NCBI GenBank assembly: GCA_000320545.1
Contig: ADNK01000156.1
Location: 48,978-112,977 of the forward strand
Reading direction: 5' to 3'
Length of the DNA stretch: 64,000 nucleotides
Source of the DNA: Bigelowiella natans CCMP2755
Lineage: Eukaryota > Protista > Cercozoa
In this document: positions 1 to 11,500 of the stretch, in pieces
Numbering within the stretch: the first letter of the stretch is position 1
How the letters are laid out: the number at the start of each line of letters is the position of its first letter
Notes under the pieces: model-generated
Told to the model about the DNA's origin: nothing
The model's database searches: none
Seen by the model: the letters and a program-made list of their open reading frames with translations, nothing else
Program-made: the position numbers and the translations under genes

Positions 1-272
1 ATGCATATGCATGGCTTGCTAAATTTCGATCAGGCAAATGGCCAGCACCGGGTATGTTCGTTTGCGAAACAGGGAAAAACTGCCCGCTGTGGAGATATTG
101 CTTCACATTATGAGTAGAACGTACTATGACGGTGGAATGCCTGTGGTATGTACCGCGTGCGTACAACAGCAATCATGCCACGTAACAATATCGCAAGTTT
201 ACAGGCAATTACATTTATTCCTGTGACATTTTAACACTATCGCTCGCACTTTACTTGATCCCCATTTTTTGT

Positions 273-303
273 GGTCGGTCGGTCGGTCGGTCGGTCGGTC
301 GGT
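273..303. repeat. (GGTC)7 microsatellite just downstream of the PGP phosphatase stop codon
   Basis: ggtc is repeated 7 times at 273-300. Confidence 0.95.
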
Positions 304-308
304 TGGCA

Positions 309-658
309 TCACTTATTTGTTTGCCGCTCGGCATCATCAGCAGTGTCAGAATCAGAGAACTTTGACGTTGACAACACATTTGCATCATCACCATCAATGG
401 AGACGAATGCTGGATGGTGTGCGGGCCCGACTCCGAGAAGGCGTAGCATAGGCAGCAGTACACGGTTTTCCACAGTTCTCATCACACGTGCAACTGGGTT
501 GTCCCCCTAACGATATATTAAATCATGGTCGAGTAATTACGAAACGACTCTCCCTGGCAGCAGTATTTGTCAACAACCGGGTGCCGTTGCCGTGGTTCGA
601 ATACGATCCGTGTGTGGAATATGCACGTTTATACAACGGAGCAGCAACGTATATATAA

Positions 659-703
<45 letters not shown>

Positions 704-971
704 ATATACATATATGACAGACCATCAAAGTGCCAAAAAGCCGGAAAAAGAGAAAAATAAGAAAGAATGTAACGGAGCAAGCACCTTCAACCCCAGAGGT
801 TCCTTAACGTGAACAGTGAGAATCCCATACATTGAGCCGAAAAGCACATCGGTAAGTATTCGGTCGCCTGATGATTGGTGCGCAGATGCCAGCAAGGCAA
901 GCGCATTTGAGTTAGGTTTGTTGATGTTATCATTACCGTTGTGGTTGACGATTACGATGACGATACACTAC

Positions 972-1004
<33 letters not shown>

Positions 1005-1350
1005 GGAAGTTGACTTTCTCACCGACAACGCACATGCTCTCTGGCTGGACGAGAGCCTTGTCAGGAAAGTGTTCCATAAGCTCCACAAAGCCCTTAGGCT
1101 TCTTCTCTCTAATCATCAGTAGAAGGGGGGGGGGGGGGAGAACGAACGATTTCACGATTGCAGCAGCAATTGTCGTACACAACGGTAGTGAGATGCTGCT
1201 CTGTGGTGTACGTCAACACACACATACACACATTCTACCATTCGCATAAAGCAGTACCTATGTCGCAGGACTGGAATACCCAGCGTCCTCTCGATGTGCT
1301 TCGCTTCTGCGAACTATGCGACAGGAGAGAGGGAGGGTGGATCCAGAATG

Positions 1351-1387
<37 letters not shown>

Positions 1388-1456
1388 TTTTATATATCTT
1401 ACGTTTCTGTCGTCTAGAGTCCCCGCGGAATTTGACATCAGAACCTAATACACACA

Positions 1457-1493
<37 letters not shown>

Positions 1494-1496
1494 GGA

Positions 1497-1540
<44 letters not shown>

Positions 1541-2528
1541 AAGAGGTAAATAAATCGATTCATACTACGACCTCTAATTCTTTTTCTTCTTCTTCTTCTA
1601 TTTACCCCTGCAAAGTACTAATCGATCACAGTCATACATACTACCACATTTTCAGCGCCGAATTCCTCCAGGCACCTTGCGAGTCCCTCTTTCGCAGACG
1701 CGTGGATTTCGGAGCCATAGGGAGCGGTCAGCGTGTTGTCTTTATCGAATACCACGGCGCGGATCTTTTAGGGAAAGTGAGCGAAGGGGGGGAGGGGCGA
1801 ATTGATGGCAATGATGGCAAGATAGAGCCAGCGTACACACACACACTCTCTCTCTCTCTCTCTCTCTTCTACATGTGGATCGTTCACGAAGTGGCAGAGT
1901 GTTCCCCACAAATTACGGATACTACTGCCGAAAGACTATAATTGAGATGCGGTAGAAAGGGAGAAGCGCTTGTTGTATTTCACTCTAGGAATTTATTGTA
2001 TACGATTGCGCGCATCCATCCAAACGTGAGTAATGTATTATTAACCCCAGCCTCCTTGAGCGCCTTAAAACAAATTTCGTTGACGTTGTAGGCGTTGACG
2101 TGGGGAATCAGGAACGAAGGGCGGCGGATCGCCACCCCTAAACACCGTATGGCATCTGATATAATGTGATAAGTGAGCAGCAGGTGGACAAATTGTTGTT
2201 TAAAACAACATCGGAGAAATCAGTATCGATTTTATTAGATTTGTCACACACTCATTGGACTATTACCCAAGTTGAAACTCTGGCCGAAGCTGCGCTTTGA
2301 ATTGCTGCTGTGACTGGTGCTTTTACTGCTGCTCAAAGAACGCCGACCAACACACCTGGAGGGTTTGAGGTACCCCATTCTTCCTCTCCCCCTTCCGAAT
2401 ATGATTGTCCCAGCATCTACGGTGGTGAAAACCAAAGCTTTCAATGTGCAATCACAACATGCGAGAGCACGTGTAAGATTACCGGTTCCTAGTACCGACG
2501 AAAACGTTCTGCCGAACTTGCGAAGCAT
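309..2528 (-). CDS. GEP4: Phosphatidylglycerophosphatase, HAD subfamily IIIA (GEP4/YqeG-like), multi-exon, probably mitochondrion-targeted
   Basis: Spliced minus-strand exons read GQSFNL|DAIRCLGVAIRRPSFLIPHV..., KIRAVVFDKDNTLTAPYG (HAD motif I), MSNSAGTLDD, AKHIERTLGIPVLRH, EKKPKG (motif III), VVGDRILTDVLFG (motif IV) and a last exon GDNPVARVMRTVENR ending in TGA at 309. The first in-frame ATG (2528) gives MLRKFGRTFSS, which resembles a presequence. Confidence 0.88.
662..699. repeat. Intronic (TA)n microsatellite; similar perfect tracts occur at about 27663-27690, 43486-43518, 46217-46246, 50960-50992, 60037-60066 and 62139-62167
   Basis: Uninterrupted tatata runs, all inside inferred introns. 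Confidence 0.9.
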
Positions 2529-2830
2529 ACCAGTTGACGCTGCGCTGGGGGCGGGCAGCAGGCCAACGAGCACGGCGATAAGGTAGACGACGGCTGGAAT
2601 CGTTGGGAACCTCACGGGGCGCACGCTTTTTTGCCCTTCGTCGTCGCCGTAGTCTGTCTCTCTCTGTCCGTACTGCTGTCGGAAAATATGTGTGTGTGTG
2701 TCTGTGTGTGTGTTGCTCAGGTGGTGGCACGTAGCCCTGCTCTTCCTCCTCCTTCCCCCTCCTTCTTCTTCCTCCTTGCAAGACAAACCGAGTGGCAGAA
2801 TAATCGAGAAATAATCGACTGACAATCCAA

Positions 2831-2921
2831 GGAAATCCTAGGAAATGGTCTGCGTTCCCTATCTACGTCATCAGGAAATCCTAGGAAATGGTCTGCGTTC
2901 CCCATCTACGTCATCAGGAAA
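2831..2921. promoter_or_regulatory. 43-bp tandem duplication in a divergent promoter region
   Basis: ggaaatcctaggaaatggtctgcgttccc(t/c)atctacgtcatca occurs twice with one mismatch, between the divergently oriented GEP4-like and TLC genes. Confidence 0.7.
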
Positions 2922-3490
2922 AAATACGGTACTCGTACACTCGTACAATTTTGAGCAAGCCAAACGGGTCGTTGGAGGGATTAGCGTGTGGCGTTTTTTC
3001 TCTAAGTGCGACAATGGTCTATTCATGTCGCAAGGGATAAATACATGCTGATAACAACGATCTATGCATGTCGCAAGGGACAGACACAACCTGATAAACA
3101 AACACTGCCGCCACGTGACGGTCTCTCCCCTCGCCTTCTCCTCTACCGTGCGCGTAGCTGTGTTTCTACAACCAATCCAATAATTTTACTAGTCGATTTT
3201 CTGTTTATTTCGTGATATCATCCTATTTTCTGGTGGTGGATCCGGTGGAGGAATGGGGTTGGGAGGAATAGCTGCGTTTTCTGCATCACGTTCCTTTTCC
3301 CTATTGCTCAATATTCGGTGTAGTAGGCCTCCATATCGAATTATCCATGTATGATTGACGGCCACTATTTCTATTCTTACCAGTAGTCTTCACTGTCAAA
3401 AATTCATTCTTTTATCTTTGATCTGACGGTAGACACACGTCGCTAATATTCCACCTGTACAGCCAGGCCTTTTGTACGGAAGAGTTGAAA

Positions 3491-6237
3491 ATGGGGGCCC
3501 CATACGGCGATATTCGCTTGCCAGGCGTGCAAGAATTTGCCTTGAATATAGTTTTGGTGGCGCTGGGCATGTGCGGCCTTCACATTATATTCCATCAAGT
3601 TCTCTCAGCCACATCATCTCGCTACAACCGCATCCCGCAGCTAGCTGAACAGAGGAAACAAAATTCTAAGAGCGACGACAATGGTGTGAAGAACGGTGGT
3701 GGCAGTAGGAATAATAATACGGCAACTACCCCAGAGTACAAACTCCCATTGATAGGTAATTTCAGCAGGGGTCATCATCTTTTTCTAGGGAGGCAGGGTA
3801 CCACGAATCTAGAGGGAGTTGGAATCTTAATATCCACCCTCCGACCCCCTTTTCCTCTCCTTCTCAGGTATGACGGCTCATGTGCTGACCTGTCAAGATC
3901 TTGTTGCCATTCCAGTTTCTGGAGCGATCTGCGTCTATTATCTGAGAGGCGTCTTGAGTTTTCCTGAAGGCTTGTTGTATAGCTGGGAAGATAGGTGGCT
4001 TGGGCGTTCGCACGATATCATCTATGGGATCTACATCCATGCCGCTTTCTCGATTTATGAGGTCATCATCTACTCCATTGTTGGGAAACAGGTTGCTTGA
4101 AATCATAAGAAAAACTTATATCGCGCTCAGTGCTACATGTGTTACAATGCGTTGTTAAAAATTCCCCACATAGCAGCTGAGTTTCAATAAAATCAAAGTT
4201 GTCGAGAAATTAATAACTTTCATCCTTTAGTATGTATGTATGTGATCTTTCCTTCCTCCTCCTCCTCCTCTCCTCCTCCTCCTCCTCGCCACGGACTGCG
4301 TGTGGTTGCTGTGTAAAACAATTGTTGTTGGTGTTGTTATTGCATTTCCTCTCCCAACAGTACGAATTCTACCTACACCACGTCCTTGTTGTTTGGCAAT
4401 ATGGCACCGGATTGATCTTGGGGCGTCTCCTTGGTTTCCTAGCATGTGCAGGACTCGTGGAGGTAGTACAGCGGATATGGTGTGAGTGTGTATGTGTGTT
4501 TATGTGTGTGTGTGTGTGTGTGTGTGTGGGTGTCGTATTTGTGAGGAAGCAGACGGAAAAAAGAGTGTGGTATATATGTCCTCCGAGAGAGGAGGGAGCA
4601 TGAATCGATCACAGGCTATCGACTTAAGGAATATTAGTGTAAACAGTTCTTCATCCATTTTCTTCTTATTCCGAAAGAAGAAAAGTGCAGATCTAGTCGA
4701 CCATAATATCATTGCACATCCATTCCTGTGTTTGGGCGTCGTTTTATCATCGACCAGCCTTCGTTTCGTCGACTAATTTTGCTTGTTTTCCTTCCTCTAA
4801 TTGGGAATTTCATCGCCATCATCATCATCATTGTAACTTAATACATTCTCTTTCCATCATCATTAATGATTTAAGCTCTGATTGTCACCAATATCTACCA
4901 TCAGGTAACCAACGTATTCCTCTCAAGCTTGTCGATGATGGGTCGCATGGATCTCAAGACGAGCCCTCTGTAGGAGGAGAAGAATCATCACCCAGAAACA
5001 TAGAAAATATACACGACGCGAACATACTACATTAACACACACACACGAACAGCAAACTGGACAGTACACTAGACAGCACATACACTTGGACTCGTATAGT
5101 GATGAAGTAATGTTAAAAGTTGTCGTTGAACACTACCTAACAGCTATTTGGGCGCTGGAGTTGGCCTTTACGTCTCGTACGTCATGTCGCGCCTAATTTT
5201 GGTATATTACGACGATAATTTTTGGGACGGTGATTGGTGGTGTTCGCTCAAGAACAAATGGGAGATGGTGTGAACATTGTTTTGGCTGTTATTAAAAGAG
5301 AGTGTTGACACACAGGAGCAGCACTTGCGGTGATTTTGGTTTTTGCAATATTTGCAACCGTTTGTATTGAAGTAGAAGAAGAAGAAAAAGTAGAAAAAGA
5401 GGATGCGGATTCCTGTTTTGAAGACATGATGACGGCATATTTCTCGACCTTTCTAATAGATATGTGCTTTTTGTTGTTACCCTCTTCTTCACCAGCTTCC
5501 AATCACGCTAGGATGTTTATTCTACGATATTTTCACAGTAATGATGAAAATAGAGCAGTAAAGAAGTATGTAAGTATCTGTCATTGGTAATGATATAAAC
5601 TACTACGGATTGATCGCTAGCAGAGAGAAGACCACAGGAGGAGGAGAAGGCGTATTAAAACATGAAAGAGGAGACATGATCCATATTGGGAAAATGATCA
5701 CGCATCGTCCTTGCCTCTCGGGACCAAAAATCAATTCATGCGTGCATGAAATATAAATATACTTATATCTATTATATAATGTGTGTGTGTGTGGGTGTGT
5801 GTGTGTTTTAAATTCAGATTCCAGCTTCTGTTGTGAATGAAATTAGAGTGTTTCTTATCTGCAGCACGGTAGTAAATCTCATAATTAACTGAAGAAAGGG
5901 GGGTAGGTACGGTGGGCATTAGATATGTTACAACGATGAAAACAAGGTATGGATGACGAGGATGAGGATGATGACAAAGTGCGCGTGTGTGTGAGAGAGT
6001 GTGCGTGTGTGTGTGTGTGTGTGTTTGTGCGCGTACTTGTCTGCGCAAGTATACTCGAGATACCATTCGTACTGATTGAACAGATAGCATATTATGGTTT
6101 TGTACCGAATTCATGATAACTATGTACGTTGCTACTTTCCTCATTCAGGGTGCGTGCTTAGTCATATTATCGATGTCCTGTTTGTGGTTCTCTAAAATAC
6201 ACGCTGGGCTTATGAAACATCTATACGGTAGTTCGTG

Positions 6238-6276
<39 letters not shown>

Positions 6277-6508
6277 ATTTTCAATGGAAGTCTCGTGGTT
6301 TCCTTTTACCATGTGTTCCAGCATAGTAAAATTACCTGAGCTACGTTGCCGGATGAAGAGATAGCGCAAAAGTCCTTCATGGTAATAATGATAATAATCT
6401 TGTGTCTCGTTTGGATCAGGCAAAGGAGGTGATGATAGAGCTGGATCTGAGTTGGATGCGACTTCTCATGGACACGAACACAGCAATGGGCACCACAAGA
6501 GTCAGTAG
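3491..6508 (+). CDS. TLC (TRAM/LAG1/CLN8) domain membrane protein, multi-exon
   Basis: Exons read ...HAAFSIYEVIIY, YEFYLHHVLVVWQY...GLVE|VTNVFLS, YLGAGVGLYVSYVMSRLIL|LPITLG and LVILSMSCLWFSKIHAGLMKHLY. The HH and E-x-T-N-x-F-L motifs are typical of TLC domains. Stop TAG at 6506-6508. Confidence 0.8.
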
Positions 6509-7535
6509 AAAGGGGAGAGGTAGCACAGGAGATCAATTTTCATGCTAAGCCTACTATTTAGAGTGATGGAAAGAAGCTCACCTTTTCCTTTTTCAACCTC
6601 CCTGCTTTCTCTGCTGTGAGCCAATCCTATATACTAATATGCTTAAATAGAATGGCGATTAATGTCATGTACGGTACGCTAGCAAATAGCAGCAATTTTG
6701 AATGTACCATGCTAGCATATTCTGTATAGCTACAGTTTGTAACATCTTATTTCAAAAATCTAATTAGCACGGAAGAATTAAGCCACTTGAAGTCACGAAA
6801 AAAATAAAATGAGTGTATGCTATTCACACCTAATGTCACCACTCTTGTAGCTTACATTGAACGCGCACATACTGTGCTATATGGCTTACAAGTACAAGCT
6901 GTGCATCGTAAGTATCTTTGGCTTGCAAATGATATGCAATTGACAAGATGCTAGTAAATCATGTTGACAATTCAGCAATAACAGAGTAGTATACACGCGT
7001 CTATATGGCGCACATGTTTAAACACATGCGTGTGTAGTCGAGGTAGTGCATGACGCCAAACGCAGCACTACACACACACACACGCACACAGAGTATACAG
7101 ATACCATGGCATAGCATATGTCATGTACATAGATGCATGAGCTAATATAAACATATGAGCAAATAATGAAAAACAGAAAATTATTGTAGGCTGTGTTGTA
7201 TCTTAATAAATTCGAGTTGGCATTCTGCGTAATAACCAGATAACAGTCACAACGTATATTCATTACACCTTAGACAAATGTCTTTGGCTTAAAACTAAAA
7301 GATGTATGGGTTAGAATAGAGGATGGTCCAGCATAAAACAATCCCACAAATGTGTACAAAGCATCGCAGAAGAAAGATATCGCACCTAGATGTCAGCTCA
7401 ACATCCTCTTGGTTTCGTGATGATGATAGGATGATGGCGGCAAGCAAAAATATGAAACTTCATAACTAGGTTCTGGGACATGAATAGCTTCCTCGATTTC
7501 ATTTGTTCCCCAGAACACCTTGTCGCCCCTTTCAT

Positions 7536-8234
7536 TTAACGCCGAAGTGACTTCGCTTTCGCTTTTTCCTTCATCGCCTTTTCCTGAGCCTCGAGTGATT
7601 TCTTATATGCATCCTTATGTAATCTGTATCCAAACACTTTCGGGACGTACTTGTCGCTCAGGGACTTTGGTTTCAATTCAGGGTATGTGAGAAAAAACAA
7701 ATGGGGGAATGTTCTTCCGAAGAAAGCCCCATCGATGTGCTCATGCCTCGACTTTTGGGGCTCAAACACATCCTCGCACTTTGGACAATAAAGTTTGACC
7801 GAGTCCTCGTCGAGTTGATCGGAGAGTCCTATCGGCAACACCGCTTGATCCCTACATAGGACATTGGGACAGACTCCAAAGTGTTTCTCTCGATATTTAA
7901 CCAGCATTCTCTGCAGGCCACGACTTGTTATGATGTATCGGGCATGGATCAGCCCGAACAGCGTCTCCGCATCGTTTTCCAGCATCTCCTGCTGGTCATC
8001 TGAGAGCATGTCATCTCTTGATTCTATATCGAGAATGAGGTCAAGAGCATTGTCATAGTAGGCGATCATGGAGTCAAGTCCCGTGAGGTTGAAGGAGTCC
8101 TGGACGTAGGAGTCTTCCACTTCACAGAAGAATTCATTCCCCTTGAGAGAACAGAACCAGGGAATCCAGGAGTACTCTTCATCAGAATGTAGCTCCGAAG
8201 AAGACGCGGAGTCCTTAGCCCTCCTCCCACTCAT
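7536..8234 (-). CDS. CSNK2B: Casein kinase II regulatory subunit beta, single exon
   Basis: 232-aa ORF with SWIPWFCSLKGNEFFCEV, LIHARYI, a zinc finger (CPNVLC...YCPKC) and IDGAFFGRTFPHLF. Confidence 0.97.
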   Translation of the reverse strand: MSGRRAKDSASSSELHSDEEYSWIPWFCSLKGNEFFCEVEDSYVQDSFNLTGLDSMIAYYDNALDLILDIESRDDMLSDDQQEMLENDAETLFGLIHARYIITSRGLQRMLVKYREKHFGVCPNVLCRDQAVLPIGLSDQLDEDSVKLYCPKCEDVFEPQKSRHEHIDGAFFGRTFPHLFFLTYPELKPKSLSDKYVPKVFGYRLHKDAYKKSLEAQEKAMKEKAKAKSLRR

Positions 8235-8550
8235 GATCGGGCTGGAGATCGATAGGAAGCACTTACTAGCCTCACCCTCCCTCGTGTTTTGTGGGGAGGA
8301 GACAAGAAGTCACCCGATATTTTAAATAACATCTCTATTAATTATTCGCATCGCATCTTCATCGCACATTTATTTATTAATTTTTCTTTGACAAAATAAT
8401 ATTTCGTCTGAGAGTCAGCAGCAGCGCTGCCTCAATGCCCCGAATCACGTAAAATAATGTGACCGGTAACGAATCACACTTATTTTGTAATTCTCCGAGA
8501 AATTCTCAGATCCGGGCAACATCTTAAAAAAAAACCGAGGTACGAGGTTG

Positions 8551-11500
8551 ATGGGCACGCAGAATCATCGTGAGGATCTCTCGAAACTGCGACAGGAGGG
8601 TATGATATTGGATCTATTAGGGGTGATATTTTGCCGAATTTAAGCGCTCCCCGAACTTGCTGCCTTGTACAATCAGAGCTACCTCGATCAGATTGGAACA
8701 AGTTAATACTTGCCCCCCCCGATTCCGAAATAAGGTGTACAAAAAAATAATATTATGCAGTAAGTGATGATGCTGTTATTCAAGGCTCTCGTCTGATACA
8801 CAGATGGCTCCGCCATTCGTAAGTGAGGGAGTAAAGACTGTACGAGCATTGGTGGAGCTCATCAAAATGGAGACTACTATGAGAGAAATGTACGTATTTC
8901 CACAGGAAGAACGAGGAAACATGAGAATCCGAAATTTTATGGTTGGAGTAAATCATAATAGCGTCTTTTTCTCAGGAAAAACCAGCAAGTTTCAAATTCT
9001 AGGAATGAATGGGAATCTTCGCTACTAGATGTTCTCTTTGAGAGTGCCTTAATGATAAACGACATGTTTAGTTGCTGGGAATCAAAGATGTATCACTCAG
9101 GTAAAAGGATATTATTGGTGCATGGGCATCAACCTAAACTGTATGCACATCATGTCAGTCGTGCAAAATGTTGAAGCTCGCTGCTGGGCTGTAAGAGAAA
9201 AGCTGACAGCCTTGGAGCGTATATTACCACCCCGCCTATACAGTAAGATGGTAAGTTGTTGTATTGGGTCGTTCTCATTTTAGTTGTCTGACTCAATGTT
9301 CTTACGGCACAGCTTGTTTCTCCAAATAGCAACAAATGGAAGTTTTGCGATGTTGCCCTTACAAGCTATAAGATCATCCTTCAAGTATTCCACTAAGTTT
9401 CATTATGATGGCATTCGGATCCAAATTTGATTCTTATATACATACTTGTGTTTAGGCTCCAAAGAAGCAGACAATCCCTTTATTTGACGAACGGTGTTCA
9501 GATGTGGTTTTGCCACGTTTCCACCGGTAACGATCAACCTCAGACTACTTTGTAGGTTTAACTTTCACGTGGCTGAGAACCGAACTGGCATATGTGTGTT
9601 ATCTGGGAAGAGCCCTGTTCTCTATCTAAGGCCAACAAAATGTCTGAAAAACTTGGATCCCTCTTCCTGGATGGTTTGACGATAGGTCTAACTCTTGTAG
9701 ATATTCAACAAGTGCGGTGGATTCAAGCTCTCACGGGCAACAAGATCATGTAGCACACAAAAATAAAACTAATCAAAGATAGTTAATGTTTGGCAACGCT
9801 GCTTATCATCTCAGCAAGGAAATGAATTCCACCATAGCCAAAATGCCTCTACTTCAGAGATCCAAACTGCTTGAATTTGTCGGAGGTCTTTCAAAATTTT
9901 ATTGTGAAACACAAAATATACCTAGCCTTTGTGTTTTCTTCAGAGGGAAGAAACCTGTTCGAACGTTGCGAGAAATATAACTTTGAAAATGATGATCAGA
10001 AAGGGGACCAACCACTACACCGTACAAAACAAGTGATTAATCAATCGATATCTATTTGAATAACTAATGTTCTGCTTTTATCAGCTCTAAGATCGGAGCA
10101 AATGTTTGACGTTCTAACCTCGTCGAAAAAGGGAGATAATCTTTTAAGTGGAAAGATTTCCGATGTGAGTATGTAAATAAGCAATTCGTTCGTTCTCTGT
10201 ATCATAGAGGACTGCTAACATGCCCGACATTTTGTGCATTGTTTGGCTATTCTATTCTTATTAGAGATACTCCAGAACTATCTCGGAATCTGATTCAACC
10301 CGCCGTATGAGCGGTGTAATCTCAGTCCAGGAAAATGTCACATTAAGTCCTCGGTAAGAGTATACATTTCTTTTTTTCCTTTACAAAATTAATTCGTTTT
10401 TCTCAGTATTGACAGAACCAGAAAGACTGCAAGCCAAGATAATGATGGGCATGATAGCGTTGGTCAAAAACCCAGAAGCGGTGATTTGATTTCCAAACAT
10501 GCCGAAGTTTTTGAGCACATCCCTCCTCTTGGGGATGCAGCTGAACTGGAAGAAGATTTAAAAGCTCTTATTAATCAAGAGGATGATGGCCCAAACGAGT
10601 ACAATTAATTGCATCAACCTACAATGAACACGAAATTCCATTTACGACATAGACATCGATTGTGGAAAATGTTTCAGGCTGCAGAAATCGGATCCATCCT
10701 CTAGTACAAGGCAGTTGTATGTTCTTCCTCCAAAGCAAGCAAAGGCATCCATCAAAATTTTCCATGTTCACACAAGAAAGCGCTCATCATCGCATCCCAT
10801 TCAACCGGTCCGGCTTTTTTGATTTCATGTAGTTTGATAAAATACTGGCAATCTTATTCTGCGCCTTTATTTAGAAGCCTTCTCTTTCAAAGGATAATGC
10901 AGAAAGCGGAGGTTTCAGCAAATTCAAACAAATCTTTCTTGGTATTTGAGTTTTTACTTTTTGAGTAGACCGTCATCTTTACGTCCGTCGACCATGCGAA
11001 ATGCCAAGCTCAAGTAAATCGCATGATAGTCTCCTGAGAGATAGGACACGAAGTTTGGACAATTCAATTCAAAGGAGAGGCGAACTCCGTTTTGGTGGGA
11101 TTGGACGCCGATTCAAACTACTAGGAAGTAGAGGTGATGATGCAGAAATTTACGTCGGGGCAGATGCAACTCAAAGAAGGTACCCCTCGTCATAATTTTA
11201 GGATCAAGATATGAAGATATTAATTTTCATCCCCATTTCATAGGATATGGATACATCGCAACCAGTGTTCGCTACACCACCTCGCTGTAGGCTAAGAAAA
11301 TTTGAATACTACAAGTCCTGAAGACTTTCTGAAGTATTCATGTGTGTGTGTTCGTTAAAGTGTACGAAGGTTGAAGTTCGTCCCTCTAATTTAAAATACT
11401 TCCAAATCAACACAGCAAAGTTAGAGGTCGCTCCAAAGTTTTTTTGGATGTTTTTCGTTTGATCATCAATATTTTAATCCGCAATTATAGCTTGAGCTCA

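Noticed and set aside
271-510. Plus-strand 79-aa ORF
   Set aside because: It is the antisense shadow of the last exon of the PGP phosphatase.
2831-2921. Direct repeats considered as a CRISPR-like array
   Set aside because: Only two abutting copies with no spacers, in a eukaryotic context with no cas genes.
3170-3400. Stop-free minus-strand stretch (WIIRYGGLLHRILSNREKE...PPNPIPPPDPPP)
   Set aside because: No start codon or linked upstream exon and no recognisable motif; it lies in the upstream region of the TLC gene.
8760-8803. Intron containing GTGATGA and CTGA (C/D boxes)
   Set aside because: At 44 nt the intron is too short to host a snoRNA.
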